Source: a virus
Lineage: Duplodnaviria > Caudoviricetes
IMG/VR virus record: IMGVR_UViG_3300044740_000035
Coordinates: 1 to 53,953 of that record
Reading direction: 5' to 3' (one strand)
DNA: 53,953 nt
Position numbers and translations under genes: made by a program
The notes under the pieces: generated by a model
The model's database searches: none
Told to the model about the DNA's origin: nothing
The model's input: only the letters and a program-made list of their open reading frames with translations
Part shown: positions 17,909 to 26,817 of the stretch, in pieces
Position numbering within the stretch: position 1 is the stretch's first letter
How the letters are laid out: each line of letters starts with the position of its first letter

Positions 17909-18886
17909 GTGACCGACCCGACCGACACCGCCATCGACCGCATCCCCCTCGGCCGCCACGTCACCTACGCAGTGCGCGGCGTACCCGAGATCGCCGACGA
18001 GTACAACGCCGAACGCACCATCGCCCCAACCGAGATCAGCCTCACCTACCGCGCCGCCCCCGACAGCCAGCTCGGCCGCATCCACGCCTACGTGAAGGGC
18101 TGGTGGATGCAGGACGGCACGCGCGTGCCGATGGACAAGCCCGTCGGCCGGCACTTCCACGGCGACCCTGCGGACTGGCCGGAGTGGCTGGCCGAGGAGG
18201 CGCGGCTGCACGACCCGGACCACGCCACCGTGCAGCCGCCCGCCGACCGGGCCGCCCATGACCGAACCGTCGCCTACCGCTCGCCCGGCACCCGAGCCCT
18301 GTACTGCGTCATCTGCGCGCGCCAGGAGACCGGATGGGAGCTCGTCACGGCCGCCGAGACGGCGGAGCAGGCGGTGTGCGACTTCTGCGGGGGCCGCGTG
18401 CTGGTGGTGGCTGCCCGGTCGCTCGGTGAGGCCGTCGCCCGATACCTGCCCGAGCCCGCCGACCGGGCTGCCGTCCTCCGCGAAGCCGCCGGCCGTCTCG
18501 CTAGCCAGGCTGACGAGCTGTGGGCTCCCGGAACGAAGGCGCACACCGTGATGCACGCCGACGCTGCCGAGCTGCGCCGGATGGCCGACGAGACACCGGC
18601 CGCCACCCAGCCCGTACCCGGAACCTCCACCCCCGCCGGCCTCGCCCGCATGCTCGCCGGAGCCGCCGTCCTCTCCGGCCGCCACAACGCCGCCCCCTTC
18701 GACGAGCTGCCACCGGCCGAGCGGGAGCGGTACCTGACGCAGGCCCGGCAGCTCCTCGCACGAGCCGACGAGACGCAGCCGCGCTGCACCTGCCAGTACG
18801 TCGCCGAGTCGTGGATCAAGATGGGCCACGCCGCCGGCTGCCCGGCCGCCGCCGAGGCGCAGCAGGACGGGGCGCGCCGTGGCTGA
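17909..18886 (+). CDS. Modular hypothetical phage protein
   Basis: RBS aaaggga, GTG start; several short domains joined by repeated PADRAA/ADET linkers. Confidence 0.72.
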   Translation: MTDPTDTAIDRIPLGRHVTYAVRGVPEIADEYNAERTIAPTEISLTYRAAPDSQLGRIHAYVKGWWMQDGTRVPMDKPVGRHFHGDPADWPEWLAEEARLHDPDHATVQPPADRAAHDRTVAYRSPGTRALYCVICARQETGWELVTAAETAEQAVCDFCGGRVLVVAARSLGEAVARYLPEPADRAAVLREAAGRLASQADELWAPGTKAHTVMHADAAELRRMADETPAATQPVPGTSTPAGLARMLAGAAVLSGRHNAAPFDELPPAERERYLTQARQLLARADETQPRCTCQYVAESWIKMGHAAGCPAAAEAQQDGARRG

Positions 18887-19118
18887 CTTCACCTCCGAGA
18901 CCGTCACCCGCACCATCCACCGCTGGATCGTCCCGTGCGCAGAGCCCTGGGGCGCAGCAGCCGCCGAGATCGGCAAGGCGTGGGCGGTCGCCGAACGCGC
19001 GTACCGGGAGCACCACGGCATCCCGAAGGACCAGCCGCTGCACGACGACGCGCTGCGGTTCCACGTCCGCGACGAAGAGATCGTCATCGAGTTCGCGACC
19101 CAGACCCCCGCCCCGTGA
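18879..19118 (+). CDS. Hypothetical phage protein
   Basis: Overlapping start; high GC3. Confidence 0.65.
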   Translation: MADFTSETVTRTIHRWIVPCAEPWGAAAAEIGKAWAVAERAYREHHGIPKDQPLHDDALRFHVRDEEIVIEFATQTPAP

Positions 19119-19195
19119 ACCGCGAGCGGACCGCGCCGGGTCGTGTCCGGCGCGGTCCTGCCGCCGATCATCCCACCGCACTTGAGGAGCACGAC

Positions 19196-19555
19196 ATGCC
19201 CGCACCCGCCGCTGACGAGATCCGCCAGCTGCTCGTCCACCCGGCCGTCTGGCCGCACCTGGAAAGCTGGCTCGCCGCCCGCCACATCAGCGTCAGCCCG
19301 CTCCCGCTCGAGGGCGACGATCTGCCCACCTACGTGATGAGCCCGGACCTCGAGCGGTCCGAGCCGACGACGGACCACCTCGCCGCGTACACGCGGATCC
19401 TGAAGCAGCTCCCGCGGCAGGCCGTCGCCGAACTGGTGGCCGCCGTGACGACGGACCCAGAGCTGCACGGCCGCAGGACGGCCATCGCCCAGGCCTCGAT
19501 GCTCGTCAGCGTCGGACACCGGATGGGCTGGGCCGACGCCGAGGCCGCGTCGTGA
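19196..19555 (+). CDS. Hypothetical phage protein
   Basis: RBS gaggag; MPAPAADEIRQ... Confidence 0.68.
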   Translation: MPAPAADEIRQLLVHPAVWPHLESWLAARHISVSPLPLEGDDLPTYVMSPDLERSEPTTDHLAAYTRILKQLPRQAVAELVAAVTTDPELHGRRTAIAQASMLVSVGHRMGWADAEAAS

Positions 19556-19728
19556 CGGCCCCGCGTCCGGTGCGGCTGACGTTGACGGCCCGCATGTGGG
19601 AGATCCTGCGCCGCTGCTACCGCGGAGAGAACCCGCTCGCCGTCCTCGGCCGCGCGCTGGACATGCTCGCCGACGCCGACGGCCACCTCGAGCCCGACGG
19701 GCGGATCAAGACCGGGAGGCGGTTGTGA
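19552..19728 (+). CDS. Small hypothetical protein
   Basis: Manual ORF MTAPRPVRLTLTARMWEIL...; GTGA-coupled on both sides. Confidence 0.55.
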   Translation: MTAPRPVRLTLTARMWEILRRCYRGENPLAVLGRALDMLADADGHLEPDGRIKTGRRL

Positions 19729-20000
19729 CGCTGCCCGTAGCCAGACCCCGCCGCCCCGCCCAGCCTCGTGCCGCGGTGACGGCCCGGCAGCGGCAGATCC
19801 TCGCCCTGGCCGCGTCCGGCTACACGGCCGGACAGATTGGCACCCGGCTCGGCATTCAGGCGTCGACGGTGCACGAGCGGCTGCACCGCACCTACCGGAA
19901 GCTCGGCGCCCGCGGCTGCGCGCACGCCGTGGCGATCGCGTTGGTGACTGGGCTGCTGGATGCCGACGACATCGAGATGCCGCAGCGGGAGGCGGCGTGA
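19725..20000 (+). CDS. LuxR/GerE-type HTH regulator
   Basis: VTARQRQILALAASGYTAGQIGTRLGIQASTV..RL.RTYRKLGA. Confidence 0.85.
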   Translation: MTLPVARPRRPAQPRAAVTARQRQILALAASGYTAGQIGTRLGIQASTVHERLHRTYRKLGARGCAHAVAIALVTGLLDADDIEMPQREAA

Positions 20001-20114
20001 AGCTACCCGCCGGTTAACTCCCTGAGCCGTTCAACCCCCCTCCCGAGTCCAAGACCTTCACCTCCACCTATCAGGCCGTCCTACAAGAACCCAGCCAGCG
20101 AAACGGAGCAAGAA

Positions 20115-20396
20115 ATGACCACACCGGAGACCCAACTCCCGTACACCGCAGTCCGGCACCCCAAGTGCGGCGGCTGGTGGACCGGAACCACCCGCGCCCA
20201 CTGCCCCGCCTGCTGCCGCACCTTCAGCTGCGACTCCGCCGCCGACAAGCACCGCGTCGGCAAGCACGGCGTCGACCGTCGCTGCGTCGACCCCGCGACC
20301 GTCGGCCTCGTCGCAGTCCAGAAGCCCTACGGCGTGCTCTGGCAGAACCCCGGCGGCGAGCAGTGGTTCTCCAGCGCGGGGGAGGCGGCAGCATGA
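20115..20396 (+). CDS. Phage zinc-binding protein (FDxHR-like)
   Basis: CGGWWTG..AHCPACCRTFS..AADKHR..RC.DP. Confidence 0.7.
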   Translation: MTTPETQLPYTAVRHPKCGGWWTGTTRAHCPACCRTFSCDSAADKHRVGKHGVDRRCVDPATVGLVAVQKPYGVLWQNPGGEQWFSSAGEAAA

Positions 20397-21034
20397 CCGA
20401 CCCCACCCCTGACGGCCTGGAGCCCCTGGACGCCTACCGGGAAGCCCTGCACCGCGTGCAGTCCAGCGGACCGCGGCCGGGCGCGCCAGCGACCGAAGCG
20501 ACCGACAGCGGATGCTCTTGCGGCGGACGGTTCCCGCTCCAGCACCTCCACGCCGACGAGCACATGCCCGTCGAAGCCCCCGCCCGGACAACCCCGGACA
20601 ACCCCGCCACCAGCAGCGGGACGGCGGACAACCCGCCTGCCGTCGACCTCGAGGCCCGTATCGCCGACCGTATCGAGCAGGCGGTGTACGAGTACCGGGA
20701 GCAGGCCTGCCAGTGGGACGAAACCGACGGCAGCACCCAAGCCATCGCCGCACGCGCCACCCGGGCCGCGCTCCGCGCCGTGCGGGCCGAACTCGGCCGT
20801 GGGGAGCTGCTGCACTGGGCGCACCTGGAAGTCGAGCGCCGTCTCGCGGTCGAGGCGCAGACGGCCGAGGCCGCAGTCGAGCGAGCAACGACGCTCGCAG
20901 AGACCTGGCAGGAGGCGCCCGACCCGCTGGCCCGCGCGATGGCCGCAGACCTCCTCAGCGCCATCCGCGGACCCCAGCAGCGCAACCGCTCCCGCGCCAC
21001 CAACCCGGCCGACGAGGGGCGGGCCGGCCAGTGA
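20393..21034 (+). CDS. Modular hypothetical phage protein
   Basis: ATGA coupling; internal CGGACAACCC x3 linker. Confidence 0.65.
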   Translation: MTDPTPDGLEPLDAYREALHRVQSSGPRPGAPATEATDSGCSCGGRFPLQHLHADEHMPVEAPARTTPDNPATSSGTADNPPAVDLEARIADRIEQAVYEYREQACQWDETDGSTQAIAARATRAALRAVRAELGRGELLHWAHLEVERRLAVEAQTAEAAVERATTLAETWQEAPDPLARAMAADLLSAIRGPQQRNRSRATNPADEGRAGQ

Positions 21035-21405
21035 CCCAGCCGTACCGCGTCCTCGTCACCGGCAGCCGTGACTGGGGCGACCACGACATCGTTCGCGACG
21101 CCCTCACGACAGCGATCTACCAGCACGTTCCCGCCGTCATCGTGCACGGTGCATGTCCGCGCGGCGCCGACGCCATGGCCTCCTGGTGGGTCCGCCGCTA
21201 CCGGCATCTCGGCGTCACCGAGGAAGCCCACCCCGCCAACTGGAACTTGAACGGCAAGCGGGCCGGGTTCATCCGCAACGCCCACATGGTCAACCTCGGC
21301 GCCGACCTGTGCCTCGCGTTCATCCGCAACGGCTCCCGCGGCGCCAGCCACACTGCAGCCCTCGCCGAACAGGCCGGGATCCCGGTGCGGAGGTGGACCG
21401 CTTGA
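21031..21405 (+). CDS. SLOG-family (DUF2493/YspA-like) protein
   Basis: RVLVTGSRDW, IVHGACPRGAD, AG.IRN.HMV, SRGA.HT. Confidence 0.85.
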   Translation: MTQPYRVLVTGSRDWGDHDIVRDALTTAIYQHVPAVIVHGACPRGADAMASWWVRRYRHLGVTEEAHPANWNLNGKRAGFIRNAHMVNLGADLCLAFIRNGSRGASHTAALAEQAGIPVRRWTA

Positions 21406-21695
21406 GCCTCGAGCAGCTCGCCCTCGACGTCCACATGCCCGCCCCGGAGCCGCGCACCTACTGGGAGCACCGCGGCCCCGGCGTGTGGGAGCCCGTCACC
21501 GTGCGCACCCGTTACGCCGCCCCCGGGCCCCCGCCCGAGATCCCGTTCCCGCACGTCCAACTGCCCCGCACGGCGCCGCGGAATGTGCTCGTCGAACGCG
21601 CCGACGGCAGCAGGGACGTGCGGCCCGTCCGGCTCCTGCGCGTCCGCCCACCCAGCAGCGTCCGACGTACCGCACCGGCCGGAGGTGCTGCGTGA
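21402..21695 (+). CDS. Hypothetical phage protein
   Basis: TTGA coupling, RBS ggagg; PRNVLVERADG. Confidence 0.6.
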   Translation: MSLEQLALDVHMPAPEPRTYWEHRGPGVWEPVTVRTRYAAPGPPPEIPFPHVQLPRTAPRNVLVERADGSRDVRPVRLLRVRPPSSVRRTAPAGGAA

Positions 21696-21904
21696 TGTTC
21701 AAGACCGAGGAGACTCGCCGCATCCGCCTCAGAGGCGGCAGCCGAGTCCACGACGTGCCCGTGCCCCACACGCGCCCGATGACCACGGCGTGCGGGAAGC
21801 GCGTTCGCCTCTTCGACGCCCGGGGTCGCCTGCTGGACCGGCCGCTCAGCGGCTCCGAGGACATCGCCGTGACGTGCGCAGCCTGCCTGGGAGCCACCCG
21901 GTGA
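21695..21904 (+). CDS. Small Cys/His protein
   Basis: TGATG coupling; VH..TACG..VTCAAC. Confidence 0.6.
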   Translation: MFKTEETRRIRLRGGSRVHDVPVPHTRPMTTACGKRVRLFDARGRLLDRPLSGSEDIAVTCAACLGATR

Positions 21905-22011
21905 CCGCCGTATGCCGCCTCCTGGCGTTCCTGTTCGCGTTCCTCGCCTTCGCGCACCCGCCCGTCTACGACCCGCAGCCCAGCCCGACCGCCGCCAGCG
22001 CGCGGCCATGA
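21901..22011 (+). CDS. Small hydrophobic peptide
   Basis: GTGA coupling; LLAFLFAFLAF. Confidence 0.4.
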   Translation: MTAVCRLLAFLFAFLAFAHPPVYDPQPSPTAASARP

Positions 22012-22026
22012 ACCCGGAGATCAGCC

Positions 22027-22254
22027 ATGACCGCACCCGCCGAAGACCTTGCCTCCGCGGCCGAGAACCTGCGTGCCCTCGATGACATGTGGTGGCGGGG
22101 TACACCCCTCGCACGCTGCATCCCCGGCCTCATCGTCCTCCTCAGCGAATACGCCGACGACTGGCGGAAGTGCCCCGAAGACCGCCCCGGCACCCGCATC
22201 GACGACGCCGTCCTCAACCTCGCCCGAGCGATCAACGGCGGCGAGCAGCAGTGA
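22027..22254 (+). CDS. Hypothetical phage protein
   Basis: RBS ggag. Confidence 0.62.
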   Translation: MTAPAEDLASAAENLRALDDMWWRGTPLARCIPGLIVLLSEYADDWRKCPEDRPGTRIDDAVLNLARAINGGEQQ

Positions 22255-22424
22255 CCGCGCAGCAGCCCCTACCCGACATCGACTGGGCGGACGTCTGCGG
22301 CGACGACGAGGAGCCCGAGCGGCAGCCGGCCCGCTACGAACGGGACCTCGACGGGCAAGGCCTCGACCCCGCGAAGCGCCACACCATGACCACGATCAAG
22401 CTAAGTGGAAGCGAGTACCTGTGA
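22251..22424 (+). CDS. Small hypothetical protein
   Basis: GTGA coupling on both sides. Confidence 0.55.
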   Translation: MTAQQPLPDIDWADVCGDDEEPERQPARYERDLDGQGLDPAKRHTMTTIKLSGSEYL

Positions 22425-22843
22425 CCGACCTGCCCCGTAAGCGCATCACGATCGATCCACCCGACGGATCGACCATCCTCGCCGCCCGGCACCTCGACGC
22501 CACAGAGGGCCGCGTCCAGGTCGGCAGCACCGTCGACGCGGCGACACGAGCGGCTATCAGCCGCGTGCTGGACTACATCGCCAAGGCGCACAACAGCCCC
22601 GCCGCACCCACCGACCTGCCCGCTTCCACCGCTCCCGCTGCTGCCGCCCACCCGATCGTCCAAGGCCGCTGCCCGGCTTGCCGTGGTGCGAGCCTGTTCC
22701 TCGGCTCCGGCGGCTACGTCACCTGCTCCCGCCTCGACTGCCCCAACCCGTCCGCCGCCGACGAGCTGCTGCACGGCGAGACGGCGACCCAAGCGACCGA
22801 GCCTGATCGCCTCGCCGAACCCGGCCTGCGGAAGGAACAATGA
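22421..22843 (+). CDS. Zinc-ribbon hypothetical protein
   Basis: GRCPAC..LFL..GGYVTC..C.NP. Confidence 0.65.
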   Translation: MTDLPRKRITIDPPDGSTILAARHLDATEGRVQVGSTVDAATRAAISRVLDYIAKAHNSPAAPTDLPASTAPAAAAHPIVQGRCPACRGASLFLGSGGYVTCSRLDCPNPSAADELLHGETATQATEPDRLAEPGLRKEQ

Positions 22844-22849
22844 CTGCCC

Positions 22850-23320
22850 ATGCGCACCGACGACGTCCTCACCCAGATCGACGCCGCCCTCGACGACTGG
22901 ACCGTCAGCGGCGACGCCATGCGGAGCAACCCAACGGCCACGCCCCAGCCCGCGCGACTGGCACCCGACGGCCGTGCGGCTGGCCGCGAGATCCTCATCC
23001 AGCGCCTCGTCGACCGCCACGGCTTCACTCGCCCCACCGCCCTGGAAGTGGTCTCAGCGCTCGAGGCTGGCCGCGACACCCCGCACGCCGACCTCGTCCG
23101 CGCCGAGGCATCCGCCGTCATGCGGGAAACCATGGGGCGGCTCCGGGAAGCGTTCCGGCCGATGTTCGAATCCTGGGCCGAGGCAATGCGACGGCTCGCG
23201 GAATCGGTGAAGGTCGCGACCGTCGACTGCGACAGCTTCGGCAAGCCCGCCCGGCGGCACGATCGGCCGGCGTGGGCCAGCCCCTACGGGCCCGCACCGA
23301 GAAGGAAGGCGCGAGCGTGA
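22850..23320 (+). CDS. Hypothetical phage protein
   Basis: IDAALDDWTVSGDAMR; high GC3. Confidence 0.65.
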   Translation: MRTDDVLTQIDAALDDWTVSGDAMRSNPTATPQPARLAPDGRAAGREILIQRLVDRHGFTRPTALEVVSALEAGRDTPHADLVRAEASAVMRETMGRLREAFRPMFESWAEAMRRLAESVKVATVDCDSFGKPARRHDRPAWASPYGPAPRRKARA

Positions 23321-23475
23321 CCCGTGACCTGCGTGTCCTGTCGCCGCGCCTGCCGTACCGCACCCGCGCCCGACTGCGGGCCGAACACCACCTCACCGCG
23401 GTGGGCGCCTGGCTCATCGACCACGGGCATACGGGCGCGGCGGAGAGGCTGTGGCGGGCGTGCCGGATGCTGTGA
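23317..23475 (+). CDS. Small hypothetical protein
   Basis: GTGA coupling; RBS ggaagg. Confidence 0.55.
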   Translation: MTRDLRVLSPRLPYRTRARLRAEHHLTAVGAWLIDHGHTGAAERLWRACRML

Positions 23476-23507
23476 CGGCGGCGGAGAGCGGACCGCCAGA
23501 CGGCCCG

Positions 23508-23544
23508 AAAACCTGTGAGGATCTGTGAGCTCCTCACAGGTTTT
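23508..23544. promoter_or_regulatory. 14-bp perfect inverted repeat upstream of TA-like pair (operator and/or terminator)
   Basis: AAAACCTGTGAGGA-tctgtgagc-TCCTCACAGGTTTT; -10-like TAGCCT at 23549. Confidence 0.55.
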
Positions 23545-23588
23545 TGGATAGCCTGAGACGGTCACCTACCAAAGTTTCGGAGGCCGCG

Positions 23589-23873
23589 ATGAGCGACCAA
23601 CCGTGGAACATCGAACGGATCTGCGACGCGCTCGGCAACCCCACCCTTGCCCAGAAGTTCCTCGCCCAGATCAACAAGGCACCCGCCCACGAGATCCTCG
23701 CCGTGTTCGCGAAGTGGCAGGGCATCGCCGAACGCACCCTGCAAGCCGTCCAGCGCGGACGCGAAGCCGCAGCGATCGAAGCGGCCGGCGGCGAGATTCC
23801 CGGCGAATGGCATGACGTCACGGACCGTGTTCTTGAGGAAGCTGCCCGGATTCAGGCCCGCGGCGCCGCCTGA
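23589..23873 (+). CDS. Putative antitoxin
   Basis: RBS ggagg; small helical protein directly upstream of a RelE-like ORF. Confidence 0.55.
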   Translation: MSDQPWNIERICDALGNPTLAQKFLAQINKAPAHEILAVFAKWQGIAERTLQAVQRGREAAAIEAAGGEIPGEWHDVTDRVLEEAARIQARGAA

Positions 23874-23891
23874 ACTGACACCCTTAGCCGG

Positions 23892-24134
23892 GTGTACGCC
23901 CTCCGCTGTGACGCCGTAAACCAGGCCGTATGGGACGGCCTCCCCGACGAGGCCAGCGAACGCTTAGCCATCGCCCTCGCCGCCGCCTGCGCCGACCCCC
24001 TCGGCACCACCCAGCCCTACGGCGAAGACGACGGGATCATGCGCACACTCGTCACCGGCGACATCCTCGTCGTCATTTACCTCGGCCACCAGACGAAGAC
24101 CCTGCACATCTTCCAGATCGACTACCTCGGCTGA
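23892..24134 (+). CDS. RelE/ParE-like toxin-fold protein
   Basis: 80 aa; WDGLP.EA...DP..., C-terminal beta-strand pattern VVIYL...LHIFQI. Confidence 0.5.
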   Translation: MYALRCDAVNQAVWDGLPDEASERLAIALAAACADPLGTTQPYGEDDGIMRTLVTGDILVVIYLGHQTKTLHIFQIDYLG

Positions 24135-24140
24135 CACGAC

Positions 24141-24172
24141 GAAGCCCCCGACCCGACGGTCGGGGGCTTTTT
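24141..24172. terminator. Intrinsic terminator between convergent genes
   Basis: AAGCCCCCGAC-ccgacg-GTCGGGGGCTT followed by TTT. Confidence 0.8.
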
Positions 24173-24181
24173 GGCGCGCGG

Positions 24182-24562
24182 CTACGGCAGCACTTCGTCC
24201 AGGTACGCCTGTACCCGCTCGTACAGCCCGCCCGGGATCTCCGCGCGCGCCACCCACGCCACCTCGGCAACCTCCCGCACGCTCGCCGCATGCGCCGTCC
24301 CCGACAGCAGCCGGCACGCCGTGTACGACACCCGCCGGCCCGACACCGGATGCGTGCGCTCACCCAGAAACCGGACCGGCTCCACGACGACGCCCGCCTC
24401 CTCGAACGACTCCCGCACCGCGGCCTCCTGCGGCGACTCGTCTGCGTCGACCTTGCCTGACGGCAGCGTCCACGACAGGGAACCCTCCGCCACTCGGCGG
24501 CGGATGAGCAGCAGACGGCCGGCGTGGACGACCACCGCGGCAGCGATGTGCGGGTCATCCAC
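24182..24562 (-). CDS. NUDIX hydrolase (Pif/MutT-like)
   Basis: Nudix box WTLPSGKVDADESPQEAAVRESFEEAGV. Confidence 0.92.
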   Translation of the reverse strand: MDDPHIAAAVVVHAGRLLLIRRRVAEGSLSWTLPSGKVDADESPQEAAVRESFEEAGVVVEPVRFLGERTHPVSGRRVSYTACRLLSGTAHAASVREVAEVAWVARAEIPGGLYERVQAYLDEVLP

Positions 24563-25130
24563 TGGTGCGGCCCATAGCCAAGTCCCGGTACGGCAGATCC
24601 ACCGTCGGGCAGTCGACGACGTCCAACTCCTTCTCGACCCGCTCCACGATCCCGGCCGCCGCGACCGCGTCCACGCTGAGCACCTCCGTCTCCACGAACG
24701 TGCCGACGCCGGCCACGCTGTCGATGCTCACCGTGACGTCCGCGTGGTCTGGGTGCCGGTACGCTGTTCGGCGCTTCTCAACCCGGACCAGGCGCCGCAT
24801 GCCGACGGCCTCGAGCATCTGGTCCGCCAGCGGGGCCTGGTCGGCGCCGGACAGGAGCACGTTCGTCTCCGGCTTCGAGATCACGCCGTCGACGCGGTGG
24901 GTGGCCGAGGTGCTCGCCGGCTTGTACGTCACCTCGGCGAAGTCCCCGCGGCGGCGGACGCGCAGACACTCCACCGTCTCCATGAAGTCCACGTCCGGCC
25001 GGCTGTAGTACGTGTCGACCTCGGTCACCGGTTCCCCGGCCTCCCAGCCCACCTCGGCCAGCAGGGCGGCCAGACGCTCCCCGCCGTCCGGGAGTCGGCG
25101 CTTCCGCTCGACCTCGATCATGTCGCTCAT
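24555..25130 (-). CDS. CYTH-domain protein (class IV adenylate cyclase/triphosphate tunnel enzyme-like)
   Basis: IEVERK (ExExK), DTYY, LRVR, TYK, V.KRR, D.V.G.G.FVETE, PY motifs. Confidence 0.88.
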   Translation of the reverse strand: MSDMIEVERKRRLPDGGERLAALLAEVGWEAGEPVTEVDTYYSRPDVDFMETVECLRVRRRGDFAEVTYKPASTSATHRVDGVISKPETNVLLSGADQAPLADQMLEAVGMRRLVRVEKRRTAYRHPDHADVTVSIDSVAGVGTFVETEVLSVDAVAAAGIVERVEKELDVVDCPTVDLPYRDLAMGRTSG

Positions 25131-25131
25131 G

Positions 25132-26514
25132 TCATCGTCCTCCGTTGATCGCCGCGTACACGCGGGCCAGGTTTCCTTTGCTGCACCACCGTTGAAGGCA
25201 GCTCATCCCCTCGCTCAACGATCGGGCGTCGGAGACGGGGACGTTCGTGAAAAGCACGAGTTGCTTCGCGTCCTTCAGCGGGTTCGGGATCGACCGCTTC
25301 AAGTAGCGGTTGTAGTAGGCCCGATCGCGGAGGAGGACGTCTTCCACCTGCAGCGGCAGCAGCACCGTCCGTTCCCCGTCGGCCGCCTCGGTCGGGTTGA
25401 CGGCGAATGCGGCGAGCAGCGCGTCCAGCGTCAAATAGGCGTAAGTCTCGCGCCCCTCCCGGGTGATCCAGCTCTGCCACACCGTCGAGCACTCGCCGTC
25501 GCCACGCTCCGCCAGCTCGAGGAACGCGGTGAGCGCGATGTCCGAGCACTCGTCGAAGATGTCGCCGTCCACCGTGAAGTGATCCTCGTACCGTTCGCTC
25601 AGCGCGAGCAGCATCGCCTTCTGCGAGGCCGGCAGCCAATCCGTGCCCGTCAGCACGTAGTGGACGAGCTTGTGGCCGCGCCGGGCGTCGATCCAGTCGG
25701 ATGCGAGCGGGCCCTCGAGGAACGGCGTGAAGCCCAAGACCCCGGACCGCCACACGTGATCCCGCAAGGTCACGTAGTGCCGCTGGATCTCCCGGAAGAT
25801 CCCGACGGGCGCCGAGGCGACGACACTGGTCCGCTCGCACAACTCCTCGACCGCCACGATCCTCGAGTCCTGCCGGAACACCACCAGATCCGCGGCGTTG
25901 TGGTACGGGTGCGTCCCCTCGCCGAGGTACTGCGGGACGAACATGCGCAGGAACCGCAGCCACGAGCGCGAGGTGTACGTCTGGAGGCACCGGTCGTGGA
26001 GCGACGGCGCCTTGACGGCGTACACGTCACGGTAGGCGAACATCCCGCCCGGACGGAGCACCGTCGGCAGCGTGCGGATCATCGAGAGCAGCCCGCTGTA
26101 GCCGCCGCCGTAGCTGTACACCTCGTGCAGCAGCGCCGATGCGCTCACCACGTCCACCGGCTCGTCGAGGATTGTCCCGATGTCCTGCGCGAACCCGGTG
26201 ACCAGGTCGCAGGCGCCGACCCGGTTGAAGTCCTTCATCGCCTGATCAAGCGACGCCGACACCACCCCCGGCACCTCGACCAGCGTCAGACGGACGTCTC
26301 GGTCGCGATGCTCGCCAGCCGCCAGATGCGAGGCCAGGAACGCCACCGCCGAACCGCCGCCCGGGCCGATCTCCACAAGGTGGGGACGATCCGATCGGAC
26401 CCGCCCCAGCGCCCGCAGCGCGAGGAACGACTTCTCCTCGCCGTGCGCGTTCGCCGCCACATCGATGTAGCCGGCCGCCGTCTTCAGCGACGTCGAGAAC
26501 ACAGAACCCGCCAT
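25132..26514 (-). CDS. Class I SAM-dependent methyltransferase with a large C-terminal extension
   Basis: VEIGPGGG, LVE, SALLHEVYSY, LRPGG.F.YRD. Confidence 0.82.
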   Translation of the reverse strand: MAGSVFSTSLKTAAGYIDVAANAHGEEKSFLALRALGRVRSDRPHLVEIGPGGGSAVAFLASHLAAGEHRDRDVRLTLVEVPGVVSASLDQAMKDFNRVGACDLVTGFAQDIGTILDEPVDVVSASALLHEVYSYGGGYSGLLSMIRTLPTVLRPGGMFAYRDVYAVKAPSLHDRCLQTYTSRSWLRFLRMFVPQYLGEGTHPYHNAADLVVFRQDSRIVAVEELCERTSVVASAPVGIFREIQRHYVTLRDHVWRSGVLGFTPFLEGPLASDWIDARRGHKLVHYVLTGTDWLPASQKAMLLALSERYEDHFTVDGDIFDECSDIALTAFLELAERGDGECSTVWQSWITREGRETYAYLTLDALLAAFAVNPTEAADGERTVLLPLQVEDVLLRDRAYYNRYLKRSIPNPLKDAKQLVLFTNVPVSDARSLSEGMSCLQRWCSKGNLARVYAAINGGR

Positions 26515-26523
26515 CGCCGCGAC

Positions 26524-26817
26524 TCACATCTCGCTCGTCACGAACGGCGCCGGCAACTGGGGCAGATCGACGTCGAAGACCTGAGCGAGGAGGTAGCGGG
26601 CCACCGTGTCGTGCTCCAGCTCGCTCCGGCCAGTCGGCATGGCGAGGACCAGGTCGCCGTCCCTGTGCTGGATCACGGCGCCGAAGAACGTCCGGTCGGA
26701 GATCGAAGAGTCGACGAGCTGGACCCGGCTCTCCGCCAGCAGATCGGCGAGCGGGGCGTCGAGGAGGTAGTCGGCAGTAGGGCGACGAGCGGGCAGGCTG
26801 CATGTACTCTGCTGCAT
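26524..26817 (-). CDS. Hypothetical protein heading the MTase-CYTH-NUDIX operon
   Basis: RBS aaagga; MQQSTCS...FFGAVIQ...EHDTVARYLLA. Confidence 0.72.
   Translation of the reverse strand: MQQSTCSLPARRPTADYLLDAPLADLLAESRVQLVDSSISDRTFFGAVIQHRDGDLVLAMPTGRSELEHDTVARYLLAQVFDVDLPQLPAPFVTSEM

Noticed and set aside
16685-18886. 733-aa ORF as one protein
   Set aside because: Its middle is Arg/Pro-rich off-frame sequence overlapping two well-formed genes (17001, 17448), and a separate RBS/start exists at 17909.
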